A DNA stretch of 63,833 nt, filler included, from Craspedostauros australis (Eukaryota), in assembly GCA_030167865.1 (NCBI GenBank). It is 10 parts of 10 records of this genome, joined end to end, with 100 filler letters (N's around TTAATTAATTAA, not from the genome) between each part and the next. Parts side by side here need not be neighbours in the genome. Positions count along the whole stretch, not along the records: positions 33,460 to 57,067 come from JALAGF010006344.1; positions 57,168 to 59,241 come from JALAGF010006345.1; 8 more parts are not named here. The stretch is one strand, 5' to 3'. Below, piece by piece: positions 46,531 through 59,341 of this stretch. Positions within the stretch are counted from its first letter, which is position 1; each line of letters opens with the position of its first letter. The notes under the pieces were generated by a model. It saw only the letters and a program-made list of their open reading frames with translations, searched no databases and was not told the origin of the DNA. The position numbers and the translations under genes were made by a program.

Positions 46531-47297
46531 AGCAGAGCTGAGGATTCTCTCCAGAGTAAGCGGTGAGCACACCACGAGGCGCCTCGCGTCATGGTCCTGT
46601 ACAGAACGTCCAAACCGCCATACTCAAAATACCATACGAAGGAATACCACTCCATCCCAACGATTGTGGGAAACATGAAGGCTACTGCACATACCATTGG
46701 AGTAGCACACGTATTGCGCTGTGCCCATCCATCCTCTTGTATTATATAATATTGTACAATACCTCGTACGAGTAGATCGTATTATATGGACGAGTATTTG
46801 CACACACATTAGTAGTTGTATGTAGGCACGAGCTACAGGATCCTCTATCTTGGCAAGATGCCATCTCGTTCCGTGGTGTAGAATTCTGTCCCAAAAGCAT
46901 CTATATAACGCCAATATAACGTTTCGCTGTGAGTCATACCGAAACACGACCAGAGCAACAACGATGAAACCAAACACGATCTTGTGGGCGAAGATCCTCC
47001 GCCTGTGCGAACGGTACGAAATGGGGTGGAGGGAAAGTCGCCGGAGAGACAAGAGCGGGCGTGTGGTTGCGCGAAAACAAGAACACAGGAGCAAGACCAA
47101 ACACGGAACCAACAAGAGACCATCGTTGGCAACAGACGCAACAGACGCAACAGACGCAACAGACACAATAGTCGCAACAGCAGCAGAAGAAGAGGACAGC
47201 ACAATCGTTGCACACCATATATCCCACGTATAAAAGCAGCGCAATTGAAGAGCGCAACCCTTGAAAGAACCCCCACTTGCAAAGAAGGTTGAAAGCG

Positions 47298-48449
47298 ATG
47301 GCAGATTCCGGCAAACCGAAAGCCAAGGAGAGCGGCTCAGACCCTGGCAGCGCGGCTGCGGGCGCCGATTCGAGATACTCGTTTGATCCCAAGGATCTGG
47401 AGAAGCTGTGCAAGGAGAAGCCATGGATGAAGGACCCCACGTACTTCCAGAAGGTCGCCGTGAGTCCTTCCGCCGTCATGAAGATGATGATGCACTGCAA
47501 CTCCGGCGTGGAGAAGGGCGTCGCGAAGGGTGGCAACCCCATCGAGGTCATGGGGCTGCTGCTGGGACGGCCGGACCCGCAAAACCCCAAGACGCTCATC
47601 GTGACGGATGCCTTCCCGTTGCCCATCGAGGGATTCGAGACGCGCGTCATCGCGGACGACCAGAACGTCGTCAACCACATGATCTCCCTCGGCGACTGTC
47701 TGGAGCGCACGCGCAAGGAGAAGTTCATGGGATGGTACCACTCTCATCCCTTCGACCTCGTCGATCGCTCCCACTGCTTTCTCTCCCAGACAGACCTCAG
47801 CACCCAGCTGCAGTGGCAGCGTGCCGAGGATCCGCACGGCAATCCCTTCGTGGCCATCGTGCTCGACCCGTTGCGCAGTCTGCACACGGCCACGCCCGAG
47901 CTCAAGGCCTTCCGTGCCTACCCGCCGGAATACAGCCCGCCTCCCAACACGTGCCCCGACATGTCCTTGGAGACGCAGGAGAAGATCCGGTTAGAGCACT
48001 GGGGGTCCTGCTGGAACCGCTACTACGAGCTGGGCGTGGAGTACTTCATGTCCTCCACCAGCCGCACGGTCATGGAGCAGCTCACGCACAGCTACCTCTG
48101 GATGAGAACGCTGCAGCAGCCGCAGGAGGTCTACGAACAGCAAAAGCTCAAGAACATCGCGGCGGCGACCAACGATCTGCGTGCTGCGGCCACCACCATC
48201 AGCGATTCTTCTTCGGACGGCCCTGGCGGCGGCGGTTCCAGCGGTGATCGATCGTGGATGGGAGCCTCGAAACGGGATCCCACCAGCGCAACTGGCGCCA
48301 CATCCATCGGCAAGGGAGACGGCATCAACGCGGCTGCCAAGAAGCGAACGGCAGAACTATCGGGCGCCGTGGACAAGATTGTGGAGTTGGCAACTGCCGA
48401 ACTGTCGCAAGCCTCGTTGATGGGCACCAAGACGAAGATATTTCAGTGA
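47298..48449 (+). CDS. CSN5: COP9 signalosome subunit 5 (JAMM/MPN+ deneddylase)
   Basis: KPWMKDPTYF, MKMMMHCNSG, IEVMGLL, FPLPIEGFETRV, GWYHSHP...LSQTD, KAFRAYP, YYELGVEYFMS. Confidence 0.95.
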   Translation: MADSGKPKAKESGSDPGSAAAGADSRYSFDPKDLEKLCKEKPWMKDPTYFQKVAVSPSAVMKMMMHCNSGVEKGVAKGGNPIEVMGLLLGRPDPQNPKTLIVTDAFPLPIEGFETRVIADDQNVVNHMISLGDCLERTRKEKFMGWYHSHPFDLVDRSHCFLSQTDLSTQLQWQRAEDPHGNPFVAIVLDPLRSLHTATPELKAFRAYPPEYSPPPNTCPDMSLETQEKIRLEHWGSCWNRYYELGVEYFMSSTSRTVMEQLTHSYLWMRTLQQPQEVYEQQKLKNIAAATNDLRAAATTISDSSSDGPGGGGSSGDRSWMGASKRDPTSATGATSIGKGDGINAAAKKRTAELSGAVDKIVELATAELSQASLMGTKTKIFQ

Positions 48450-48721
48450 ATCATCACATCGGCGTAGAACACGGCACAGTCGTCGCCAACCTAAACAGAG
48501 GCAACGATCGTTTTACTAGACAACTCATTACGGGTGTGGATACGACGAGAACAAAAGTTGCAATGATGCGAATCGCGTTTGGATGCATGTTTTCAAATGT
48601 TGATGGATTCAAGCAAGTGAATGTGCCTGTGGCATTGTTGTTTGATAGTTACGGCATTCATACAAGATTACTCCAGAGAGTGAATAGAAGAGAGCAGATA
48701 AGTATCATACTCGTACTGGTA

Positions 48722-51700
48722 TCACGCCTGTCTGCGTTGCTGCAACTGGTTCTGTGCTTCATCCTTGATCTGCCTCGTTTGCTCCTGCAAGACGCGTTTG
48801 TGCCTCCGCATGTCTTCCTCGTCGATGGATAACTCCTCCATCTGCTGACGGATCATCTCGGCATATTCCCTTCGCAGCAAGGCAGGGCATCGTCGTAACA
48901 CCCTGCACGGTGCATCGCCGTGCTTGACTTCGGCTGCAGCCACGCCTGCTTCGGATGTCGATGCTGCTGCTGCGTTTTCCACGTCTGCAGTGTTTGCGTT
49001 CGATCGCGATGCCGCCATTTGCATCTGATAATCGTGCAGACTTTGCAACCGGATATCCTCCATCTCCGAATGGAACAGCAGCATGGTGCAGGCGCTTGTG
49101 TAAAACGGATACACCTGCTCCACCAACGAATACAGGGACAAGCTGCCAGGACGGTCCACGTCCGTTTTTCGAGCGCGCTGCTCCAATTGGAATTCCGTGT
49201 GTACGAAGTACGACAGGCAGTGCAGGAAATGGACCAGGTGTTCCATCGTTTGTCGTGCCAGATGCAGCTGCGCGTTGGTCACCTGGCAGATACCCCACTC
49301 GTGAGGATAAGGTGCCATCACCCAGCGATGCAGTTGGATGATCACGACGTCAATGGCATTTTGGAGAAACCCATGCCCGTCGTCTTGATCAGCGACGTGT
49401 TTGTTTGCCGAGCTGGCGATGCCTGTGTTTGAATGCGGATCGGCGGCGCCGACTTCTTGCTTGACAGAACAGATACCGCTGTTGTTCCTCGTAAGTCCGT
49501 CTGAATCTCCAACCATGTCTATGAGCACATTAGTATTGTTTTTGCTCGTGCCCATGGCAGTGCTGTTGGTGTCGTTGTTGTTGGTGACAGTCGTGCTTGC
49601 ATCGCCGTTTTCGACCGTGGTGGCCATGTTCCTGGAGGTGGACCCAGCGAATGATTCAAGTGACGATTGGCGTTGCAAGTCCTTGGTGCTCGAATCTTGG
49701 AGTGAGGGGGTGTCGGTGAGCTGATCCGCTGCGGTGTTTGGAACAATCATTGGTGACTTGGTGCCAATCATGCGAGTTCGGAGCACCGTCATTCCAGATC
49801 GTTTCTGCACCTGCCCGAGCGACGTGAGCCAACACACGCACTGCTCGTACCAGTGGAACAGTTTGTGCTGGTGGTGGTGACGATGATGGAAGTGGGGCGG
49901 GCTGCGGTTTGGCTCGTTTTGATTTGAATCGTTGTCAACATCCATTGCGTCTTGGCCTTCTCCAGGTTCCTTCGTTTCCTCTTCGGAAGCAACTTCATTG
50001 CTGACATCATCGCAGTCGCGACCAGACGCGCATGTCACCGTGTCAATCAGCAATGGTTGTAGATCCTCCAATCCATCTAGAATGAGTGACACGACGTACA
50101 GCGCACCGTTCTCTTCTGGAATCGTTGGATGTGTGTCGTCGAATTCAATCTTGCTCAACCATCCCATGATGGTTGATGCTGCCGTTATCTCCACAACCTT
50201 TTGGTAGAGTTGCAGTATTGCGGTGAATCGTTCACAGCATACTACAATTGCACAAAAATCCACACATTGAATTGGAGATGGTAGTGATGACGAAGCAGAG
50301 CGTGCTGGCTCGCTCTGGCTTGACATTTTCCTTTGTTTCTTGCGTTGGTTCACGGCTGCTGCCGATGTTCCTGCTGCTGCCTGCATTGCGCCATCGTTGG
50401 CGGTGGCATCCGATTTGCTCGGTTTCAAAGGAATGCGTCTTCGAGAAGTCTTTTCGCGCATGTCCTGCCACCATTCCTTGCCAGCTCGTGGGTGGTACTT
50501 GAGCTGCTTCAGCAACGATCCAGACTTGTAGGGTGGACTCACAACCGAGATCACGCGATGTGATTGCTGAGCATCGTCACGTTGGCGCTGTTGGTTGTAT
50601 TGGTTCAGCTCCGAGTGAATGGTTTGGACGAGCGGAAGCAAGCAAGATTTGTGCAGAAAAGATGGCGGAAGAACATTCGTCCACCATGCGGATGATGACT
50701 GCTGCGGGATGTCTCGCCACAACGCAAGCAGGATCTGAACGACTTCCTTCACGACAGACACTGGTTGATGAGGCAGCAATGACTGCTTCATAGCATCCAA
50801 CAGAGTCTCCGTCGCAAAATTCGACAGTGCATTCTTCGGATATGAGAGTTCATCATGCGTTGATGATGTGGACGTGGATGTTCCAGTTGCAAGGTTCGAT
50901 CCCTGCAATTGCAGCCAGAGTGAAGAGTGAAGTGACTGTTCCTGTTCAATCATTGTACGATTTAGGTTGGCGATGGTTGTGTCTTTTTCGTCCGTGCTTT
51001 CCGTTTCGAGGCGCAGTCGAAGCCTCTGTTTCGTTCTGCCTCTTCTGGAGGCACCGCTGCGAACCCTGCTCTTGGCCCCGGTGTTTGCATTGGACTCTTC
51101 GTTCATTGCGGCGCTGGTGTCCTCATGTGCTAATGTACTAGTACGATGCACCTCTTGCAAAGTTTCCTCGCTGTTGGCTTCACCAATCGTCCGATGAATG
51201 GACTCGAGCAATTTTGCTCGGCTGACAGCGCTGGTGGATAAAACCTCGCGCACGAGCTTCCAGCACAGCAGTATGGACTCGGCGCTGCTTCCATGAGAAA
51301 CTCGCCATTCTTCTACCAGAATGTGCACAATGTTCCACATGATCAAGGCCTCATCAGGTATGCCAGTGCTGGCACCGTCGCCTGAACTGGCATCCAATGG
51401 CGCATTGACAACGGATAGAGGGACGATTGCAGTCTGAATGAGGGTGGATTGGAGTTTTGCTGAGATTCTAGCCGAATCGTTCGATCTATGTGGTTGCTGC
51501 ATAAAATCCGCGACGATTTCCAGCAGGTGCTGTACCAACCGTTGTGTGTTGAGGTGAGTGGTGGGTTCCTGGGCAAGAGGTGGGGATGGCGTGTTCGAGA
51601 TCCTTGGCATCTTGTGTTTGTGAGTTGTGTTGGGAGGTGCGTTGTAGGTGCTGCTGTCCTTCGTTCCGTCATCACCGTCAGTATCGTCGAGATTCATCGG

Positions 51701-51859
51701 CATTTGATCCGAGGTGTCATCAGCGGGTTGCGGTGCATCCTGTCGCTTTCTTTGTGTGATGACGGTGATCTCGGGCGGAAGTGTCGACTCAGATATCCCT
51801 GCTTTTGCCTGCAAGCGCGAACGCAGATTTTGCTCCTTTTGCCGTTGCTGTTGTTTCGC

Positions 51860-51898
<39 letters not shown>

Positions 51899-53122
51899 CT
51901 CGCCGTATGATTGTGTCTGCGTTTGTGTTTGAGTTTGTGATGATGACTGATTTTCGGATGGAGGTTTTCGTGGGGCTGGAGCAGCGGAGCCCATGAGCCG
52001 AGAGCCCAGGTGCGAAGTGGAGACAGATGAAGGATTCGGCGCATTCTGCAAAGTGGCCTGCCGTTGAATGAAGCGTTGGACGATGGGTGGGGCCGATGCG
52101 AAGGCGCCGTGACCAGGAGCACGCGCAGCGGACACAGGGGTTGTGGTGGGTGACTTGTTGGGAGATTGGGCGGCGTCCGCATTTGGGCGATACCGCTCGC
52201 CGACACGCAGCTTCTGCTGCTGCCTCGTGAATTCGTGTTGCAGCAAGCGGTAGTTGTTCTCTGCCTGCGTCAATTCCTGCTGTTGCTCCTTCTGCATCGT
52301 TTCGATTGTGTGGTCCTTTTCTACTTGTAGCGTGGCGACGGTGGCGGTCAAGTTGAAGTTCTCCTCTTCAAGATTCTCGCACTTGTTCTGCAGCTCTGCC
52401 ATCTGCTGTTGCAAGTGCTCAATCATGGCCGCTTGCTGCGGATTGGCGCTGCAGTTGCTGTTGGAGCTGCTTCCGTGGCTGTGACCGTGGCTGTTGCCGT
52501 GGCTATTGCTGAAGCCGCTGCTCCCGCTAGAATTGACCCCATGCCGTCCATGCAAAGGCGTCCGATTGGTAACCAGCGGTGTGGAGCTACCGCTTGACGA
52601 GTGATGTGTCTGTTGATGTTGCTGGTGATTCTGTTGCTGTTGATTGTGTTGCTGATACTGTGGTGTGAGCAATGAGAATGATGAGGAAGGCGCGGACTGT
52701 CGTCTTGTGTGAGTTCGTTGCACGTTCGTACGCGACGTGGTGGGAGTTCTGTAGCCATGAGACTGCTGCTGTTGCTGCTTGTTTGCCGTGGAGTACGGAT
52801 TCCTCGCCTGCGCAAACGATTCTTGGCTGTGCGTCGGAGTGCGGTAGGGATTCTGCGACATCGTCGTGAACTCTTGCGGCCTCTGCCTCTGGCTCAGCCC
52901 AGACATCGACGAGGGCCTGTTGGTGCGATCATGACTGGTGGCTGCGTTTGCACCCGCGCTGTTGTGGACATTCTCATTCCCATCTCCTCGCCCTTGTCTC
53001 CCCTTCATGTCTGTTCTTGCATGAGCTGCAGAACCACCAGCTCCACCGGCAAGACCATGCGCACCCGTAGCATTGGCCGCCCTTCCTCTGTGTCCATCAC
53101 GAGTCCCTCTATCGAAACTCAT
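48722..53122 (-). CDS. Large uncharacterised protein (~1470 aa): disordered Q/S/H-rich N-terminus, coiled coil, patchy helical C-terminal region
   Basis: 4.4-kb uninterrupted ORF with heptad-like MIEHLQQQMAELQNKCENLEEEN... The start MSFDRG is inferred. Confidence 0.8.
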
Positions 53123-53905
53123 GGCTGGATGATGACACAAACAAGACAAGGCAGTAGGGGATGCAAAGGATTGGTGGATCCACAAGGTGTGTGCCAAAGT
53201 AGCCCCTTGGTTGGCGGCTTGTTTGGTGGACGAAGTGGATGGAATGCGATGGACCTGTCGTGGTTGTGGTTTGTTGCTCGTTGCAAGCGTCACGGCAGAA
53301 CCAAGCGATGCTGCGTTTTGCGCGTTGTTCCCTCGTTGGGCAGTGTTTCTTGGCGGCAACTTTCGGCAATTGGACTTTTTTGCGTATGGCTTCAAGCTGT
53401 TGAAGTACTTCAGTCCAACAAAACGGGATACAACTGTGGCCATTAACCATTATTTAACGCTCAGTTGTTCTTCGCGCCAAAAAGTATCCTTGTTGCAGAC
53501 GTTCTTGGAGATGGCGACATGTTCATCAAACACGCCCCGCAACACGCTGATGAACATGGCGGGCGCGCGGTGACACAGAGTCGAACCACCACCAGGTTGC
53601 ATGGGACGGGATGGGACGTGATACAACGTGTAATACGCGCGTCCCAGCGATATCCAACGATATTTTATACAACGATGTGTGACGCTGTGTGACAATGAGC
53701 CATGACAGACCAAGCAAGAAAGGATGGCAGAATAGAACGAACAAGATGACACACTACGACTATACTCATAGTCAGCCAAGCTGAGCGATGTGGCTGAAGG
53801 CGGACAGAACCAAGAACCAAGACCAACGAAAGACAACGCAAAAGCAAGGCAAGGAGACGGAAAGAGCGAGGCAAGAGCATATAATACTCGAAGTGCACCC
53901 ATACC

Positions 53906-56900
53906 ATGGCCCTCCGTGCCTTCCATGCCAACCCGCAAGTGGGTGGCTTCGGCGGAGAGAGCTCAGGCATCCTGCGGGCGACTTCAGCATCTCTATTGCG
54001 ACATCAGTCTGTTGCGAGTACAACTGGCAAAGGCAGACAACACAAGCAAGATACTGCTGGCAGCACCGCTGATGCTGTTGACGACCACACAAGCGGCGAT
54101 GCCTTCTGCCAGATCGTCAAGGAGCTTGTCGACAATGCTGTTGATGCATGTGCCACTTTGCAAAGAACAACTACAACAACAGCAACAGCAAAGCAATCAG
54201 ACATGAAGCGTTCCTCATCGAAGAGAGGCCACAGTGTTGGCAATGGCAAAGCCAATGGCATACTAGTATGCAGCAAGAATGGCAGTGCCAGAGATGATCA
54301 GTCGCAACCAGGACATACCTATCAGTCCAACCTTCGTGTGAGAGTGGAGATACAACCCTACACATCCAACAATCACAACCACGACAATGATGACAACGAT
54401 GACAATGATGACAGCGATCGCAACGATGACTGTGACGACTCCATCCTCCAGGTTACAGTGTCTGATAATGGCTGCGGCATGGCGGACACCCAACGATGCG
54501 TCAACGCCTTCCACACCAGCAAGGCCGCAACTGCCACGGCTGGTCGCTACGGAATTGGTCTCACCCTCTGCCTGGTCCACGCACAACGGCTCGTCCCCAA
54601 ATCCTTCGCATGCATCACATCGGCACGAGCGGCTTCCAAGTCATTGACGAGAGCGTTCTTCATCGTCAACACTGCCAAGGACAAGGTGCTGTGTCACAAG
54701 AAGGAGAAGCTCGTCAAGAGCAACCCCAAGGAGAGCGGGACTTGCGTCAGTCTGTTAGTTCCGGTGAGTTCATTGATCTGTGCGTTCTGTCTCGCAACAT
54801 AGAGACACGTTTGTTTTGGACTGCTCGTTTGCGACAGCTGACACGTGATCACAGCCATGGTTGTCTCACCTCTCTTCTGTTTTGTTCTGCTCTACTCTAC
54901 TCCACTTCACTCTATTAATATGCACTCCATCGCATTCTACTCTCATATACTCTTACGTACTGATGCCAACGTTTGCATGTTGTGTCTCGCAGGGAGGGGC
55001 CGGAGCAAGAAGCGCATGGCCACGACTGGCTGCTTACTTTGCCAGATTCCAATGGATTGGACCTGATCTCCCATGCCGGCTGGAAGTCTTCGCGCCGACC
55101 CTTTCGTCTGTTCCGATCTACATTCGAACACTCTCGCCGCACACATCGACCGCGCAAGGCGTCAAGCACCTGAATGCTGGTTATGGCCAACCGAATGTAA
55201 CGAAGACTAATCATACTGCCGTGGAAACACCACATAGCAACAGCAGCGATGATAGTGACGACGACATTGGCAGCAGCAACGGCAAAGACGAGCACAAGGT
55301 TACGCACTGGACGAATTGGGAAGATGCATTCCGAGAATGCTCCAATGATGACAATGATGATTGGAATAATCCCAACATCCGCAACGACCAATTCCCTCAC
55401 CAACAGCACCATCAACATCATTCACCATCAGAACAGCAGCCAACATCTTTGCCATCGTGCAATCGACGTCAAAAGCAAATCTCGCCACACGATGCACACA
55501 AAGAACGACGTGCGCACATTCTTCAAGCAGCGTCGATGCATCTGCAACAGCCATTGCAAGTTGGTATCGAGAACGTCGCCCATTCCAAACAGGTCATTCG
55601 CCTCTCTCAACGATCTGCCCAATCAACTCAGAAGCTCGCTGTCAACAAGAGATCAGCGACCGCCAACAGCAGCGACGCTGCACAACTTCATGTCGACATG
55701 ATTGTATGCGGCGCTAGTGAGCAGTCCACAATTGATGAAGAACCCAACGAGAACGGTGATCTTTCCTTGCACGGAACATCCATCCAAGAATTTCTTCAGG
55801 ATCATCATTCACCTACCCACTACGCCAACGCAACCAATATGGATGAAATGGCATCATCCGCCACAATGGAAGTCATCCGATTCGTCAACGGCATTCCATT
55901 GATGGATGGAGCAGAGGCCGTTGCTTGTGGCTTGATGCATGGGATCCGCAGCAAGACAGTGTGGGGATCCTTCGGGCTGAAAGCCATCCCGACGTCACAC
56001 GGGGATGACAGGGACAGCAGCGGCAGCAGAGGCACCAGTAGTCATCCGCTCAATCATCCACTGAATCTTTCAGAGCATGCGAAACAAAATTCCGTTGCAA
56101 CCACATCAACACAGACCAGGACGCAAGAACAAGTGCAAACGAGCGTGGCGGCAGCAGCAGCAGCAGCAACGTCGAGGATTTCAAACAGTCACCAAATCAA
56201 GCACAATTTCGAAATTCATGATAGTGACCAAGTCCTTCCGTTCCTTGCCGATGCCAATTCGATTCATCGAAGTGACCCGCGTACTCGTACGAATGTCACT
56301 CTCGGCTCAGGACCACTCAAGCACTCCAATCAACACAAGAGCGGGCATCAACGGAAGCGCAAGGTGGCGCATTCGCATTCGATGTACACCACCAACATGG
56401 AAGGCAGCGACGATCACATCTTCATGCCAGCGAAGGTGCGCTTGGGAAGAATCATCGTCCTCATCCATCTGCATGCAAAACCATCGCTGTTGCCACTCCC
56501 AACCCTCTCCAAGGTAAGACGCTGATGGATGTATCCCATTCAAGGATCTACCATCCAAGGAGTCAATCAAGGTGCCAACAAACGCTGAGTTTCTCACAAC
56601 CACACTTGCTCTCTTCTGCATCAACTCGTACCCACGCACTATTCATAGGGCCGACTTCCGCTAAATCATCCACCGATCCAAGCCGCGTTGCACAACGGGC
56701 TGAGAGAATGCTTGAAATGCATACAGACGACCAACCCAAACCTGCTGCTGACTGCGCATCAACTGAGATCAGCCGAAAGAGAGTCACGATACGTACCTGC
56801 CGTTTCGTGGGCGCTATCGCGAATGATCATGAACTCCAGCAACCAGCACATGAAGTCGTCCGCCCTTTCCACCGTGCGTGGTTGGGATCCAACTATGAAC

Positions 56901-57067
56901 ATAGACACGCGCCAAACCAACCAACGCGCTCACAACGATTATCCCGAGAGCGATGAGAGAACAAAGGAAGTGAACACAATCACTCCAGACACCTTGGCAT
57001 CCATCATCAAGGAGCGGCTATTGGTGACATTGCAAGCTGCAGATGACGACCGCAAGAAATCGGTTGT
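53906..57067 (+). CDS. DNA topoisomerase VI subunit B-like protein (TOP6B/TOPOVIBL); exons 53906-54763, 54993-56513, 56649-contig end
   Basis: N-terminal FHANPQVGGF, GHKL motifs KELVDNAVDA, VSDNGCGM, FHTSK, GRYGIGL and SGT, and transducer motifs IRFVNGIPL, VWGSFGL and PTLSKG. GT-AG phase-0 introns. Confidence 0.85.
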
Positions 57068-57167
57068 NNNNNNNNNNNNNNNNNNNNNNNNNNNNNNNNN
57101 NNNNNNNNNNNTTAATTAATTAANNNNNNNNNNNNNNNNNNNNNNNNNNNNNNNNNNNNNNNNNNNN

Positions 57168-59241
57168 CGTCATCGGGACCGCGGGTCCCCGGACCCCGGC
57201 CAGCTACCATCCCCGAGGAGGTGTCAGCATCATTCCTCCCAGTACCCGCACTCGCCGTACTGTGGATGACGATGAGGACATCGAATCTGTGTCCCCCCCT
57301 GATCGGGCCAGATTTGCTACTCCAGTGACCAACCCTTCGGCACGCGTTGCAACAGCGGAAACTCCAATCGCTGCTGCTCCTGTGCCAAGTGTTGCATTCT
57401 CTCCGTCGAGCGCTCTCCCAGAGTCGTTCACCAAGGAGTTCAGCCGTGGTGTTAAGCGTGAGGCCCTCGCATTCCCCACCCTGAAGGANNNNNNNNNNNN
57501 NNNNNNNNNNNNNNNNNNNNNNNNNNNNNNNNNNNNNNNNNNNNNNNNNNNNTATCACATCGATCCTTCGTGGGAGCCGGGTCCATCGGACATGTTGTTC
57601 TACAACATGCAGAACAGGTACCTCTACTCTGTTCTGAGCCTCCATGTCAAGACTTTGCGTGGCGACCAGCTCCTTCGCAAGCACCAAGCAAGCAAGGACG
57701 GTCAAGCTGTCTATCAGAGTCTCATTGAGATTTACACCAATGGTGTCAACGGTGAGAGCGCGGCAATGGCACTTCGTGCTCGCATCGCCTCCTTCACCTT
57801 GGATAANNNNNNNNNNNNNNNNNNNNNNNNNNNNNNNNNNNNNNNNNNNNNNNNNNNNNNNNNNNNNNNNNNNNNNNNNNNNNNNNNNNNNNNNNNNNNN
57901 NNNNNNNNNNNNNNNNNNNNNNNNNNNNNNNNNNNNNNNNNNNNNNNNNNNNNNNNNNNNNNNNNNNNNTCCTACGTCCGTGACGAGATGCTCGCGGCCA
58001 TGCCATCCGGTTTCGAGATCAAGGCGGCTGGATTCGATCACCACCTCAACTCGGTTCGGATCCATGCTCAACGCCTCGATTCCTCTCATCCTCGTCAGGT
58101 TCAAAAGCGTAATGTCAACAACGCTACGNNNNNNNNNNNNNNNNNNNNNNNNNNNNNNNNNNNNNNNNNNNNNNNNNNCAATGGTGTCAACGGTGAGAGC
58201 GCAGCAATGGCACTTCGTGCTCGCATCGCCTCCTTCACCTTGGATAACAGCTGGAAGAAGAAGCGTGAGAACTTCGTGGACACCTGGCAGGGAATCATCT
58301 CCGATATCGAAGATATGGAAGATGACGCTCTGCCGGACAACACGAAGAAGACATGGCTGCATAACTCGATTGCTCCGGACAAGGATCTTCTGAATGCTCT
58401 CACAAGCACATCCTACGTCCGTGACGAGATGCTCGCGGCCATGCCATCCGGTTTCGAGATCAAGGCGGCTGGATTCGATCACCATCTCAACTCGGTTCGG
58501 ATCCATGCTCAGCGCCTCGATTCCTCTCATCCTCGTCAGGTTCAAAAGCGTAATGTCAACAACGCTACGACCGGTAAGGGAAAGGGTGGTTCTTCGGGCA
58601 AGTCTCCTGCCAAAGGCAATGGCAAGACTTACACCAACGACAAGCGTCCCCGCATTCCGAATGAGGAGTGGGCGACAATGTCTTGGGCCCAGAAGAAGGA
58701 CTACATGCACAACAACTCGTCCCGTGGTGCTGGCAAGGGCGACACTTCACGTGCCGCTAATAAAGCCAAGTCCTCTGGGAACTCTTCGTCCGACACGGTA
58801 CCAGGGTCCTCCGCGCCGTCAGGTTCCGGGGGCACTGCGGAACCCAAGGGCGGTCCCCCGGGATCTGCCATCAACCGCATGCTCGCCCAGGCGCGTCAGT
58901 CCAGCCAATCGACCTCTGACTTTGTCGATTCTGAGGGTGGCGCATGGCGACGTGTCAACTCCACCGTGGTCCGCTACAACTTCGAGACCTCGGTGGCGGC
59001 GAAGACGGGTGCACTCGTCGACAGTGGCGCCAATGGCGGCCTTGCTGGCGACGACGTTCTGGTCCTGTGCAAGACGGGTACCACGGCTGACGTGAGCGGC
59101 ATTGGTGATTCCACCATTGCGAGTTTGGATATTGGTACGGTCGCGGCCCTGCTTCACACGAGCAGTGGCCCGATCATCGCCAAGTTCCATCAGTACGCTC
59201 TATACGGGAAGGGCAAGTCCATCCACTCTACCAACCAACTC
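57168..59241 (+). mobile_element. Ty1/Copia (diatom CoDi-type) gag-protease fragment, with a gap-flanking duplication
   Basis: Gag-like DGQAVYQSLIEIY and KKTWLHNSI, RIPNEEWATMS, protease ALVDSGANGGLAGDDV, and FHQYALYGKGKSIHSTNQL. Confidence 0.88.
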
Positions 59242-59341
59242 NNNNNNNNNNNNNNNNNNNNNNNNNNNNNNNNNNNNNNNNNNNNTTAATTAATTAANNN
59301 NNNNNNNNNNNNNNNNNNNNNNNNNNNNNNNNNNNNNNNNN

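Noticed and set aside
47125..47165. 9-bp CAACAGACG repeats upstream of CSN5, and GA/CA microsatellites elsewhere
   Set aside because: Ordinary simple repeats with no evidence of function.
24391..48449. Functional cluster of cullin regulators (ankyrin-BTB plus CSN5)
   Set aside because: The genes are on different contigs separated by artificial linkers.
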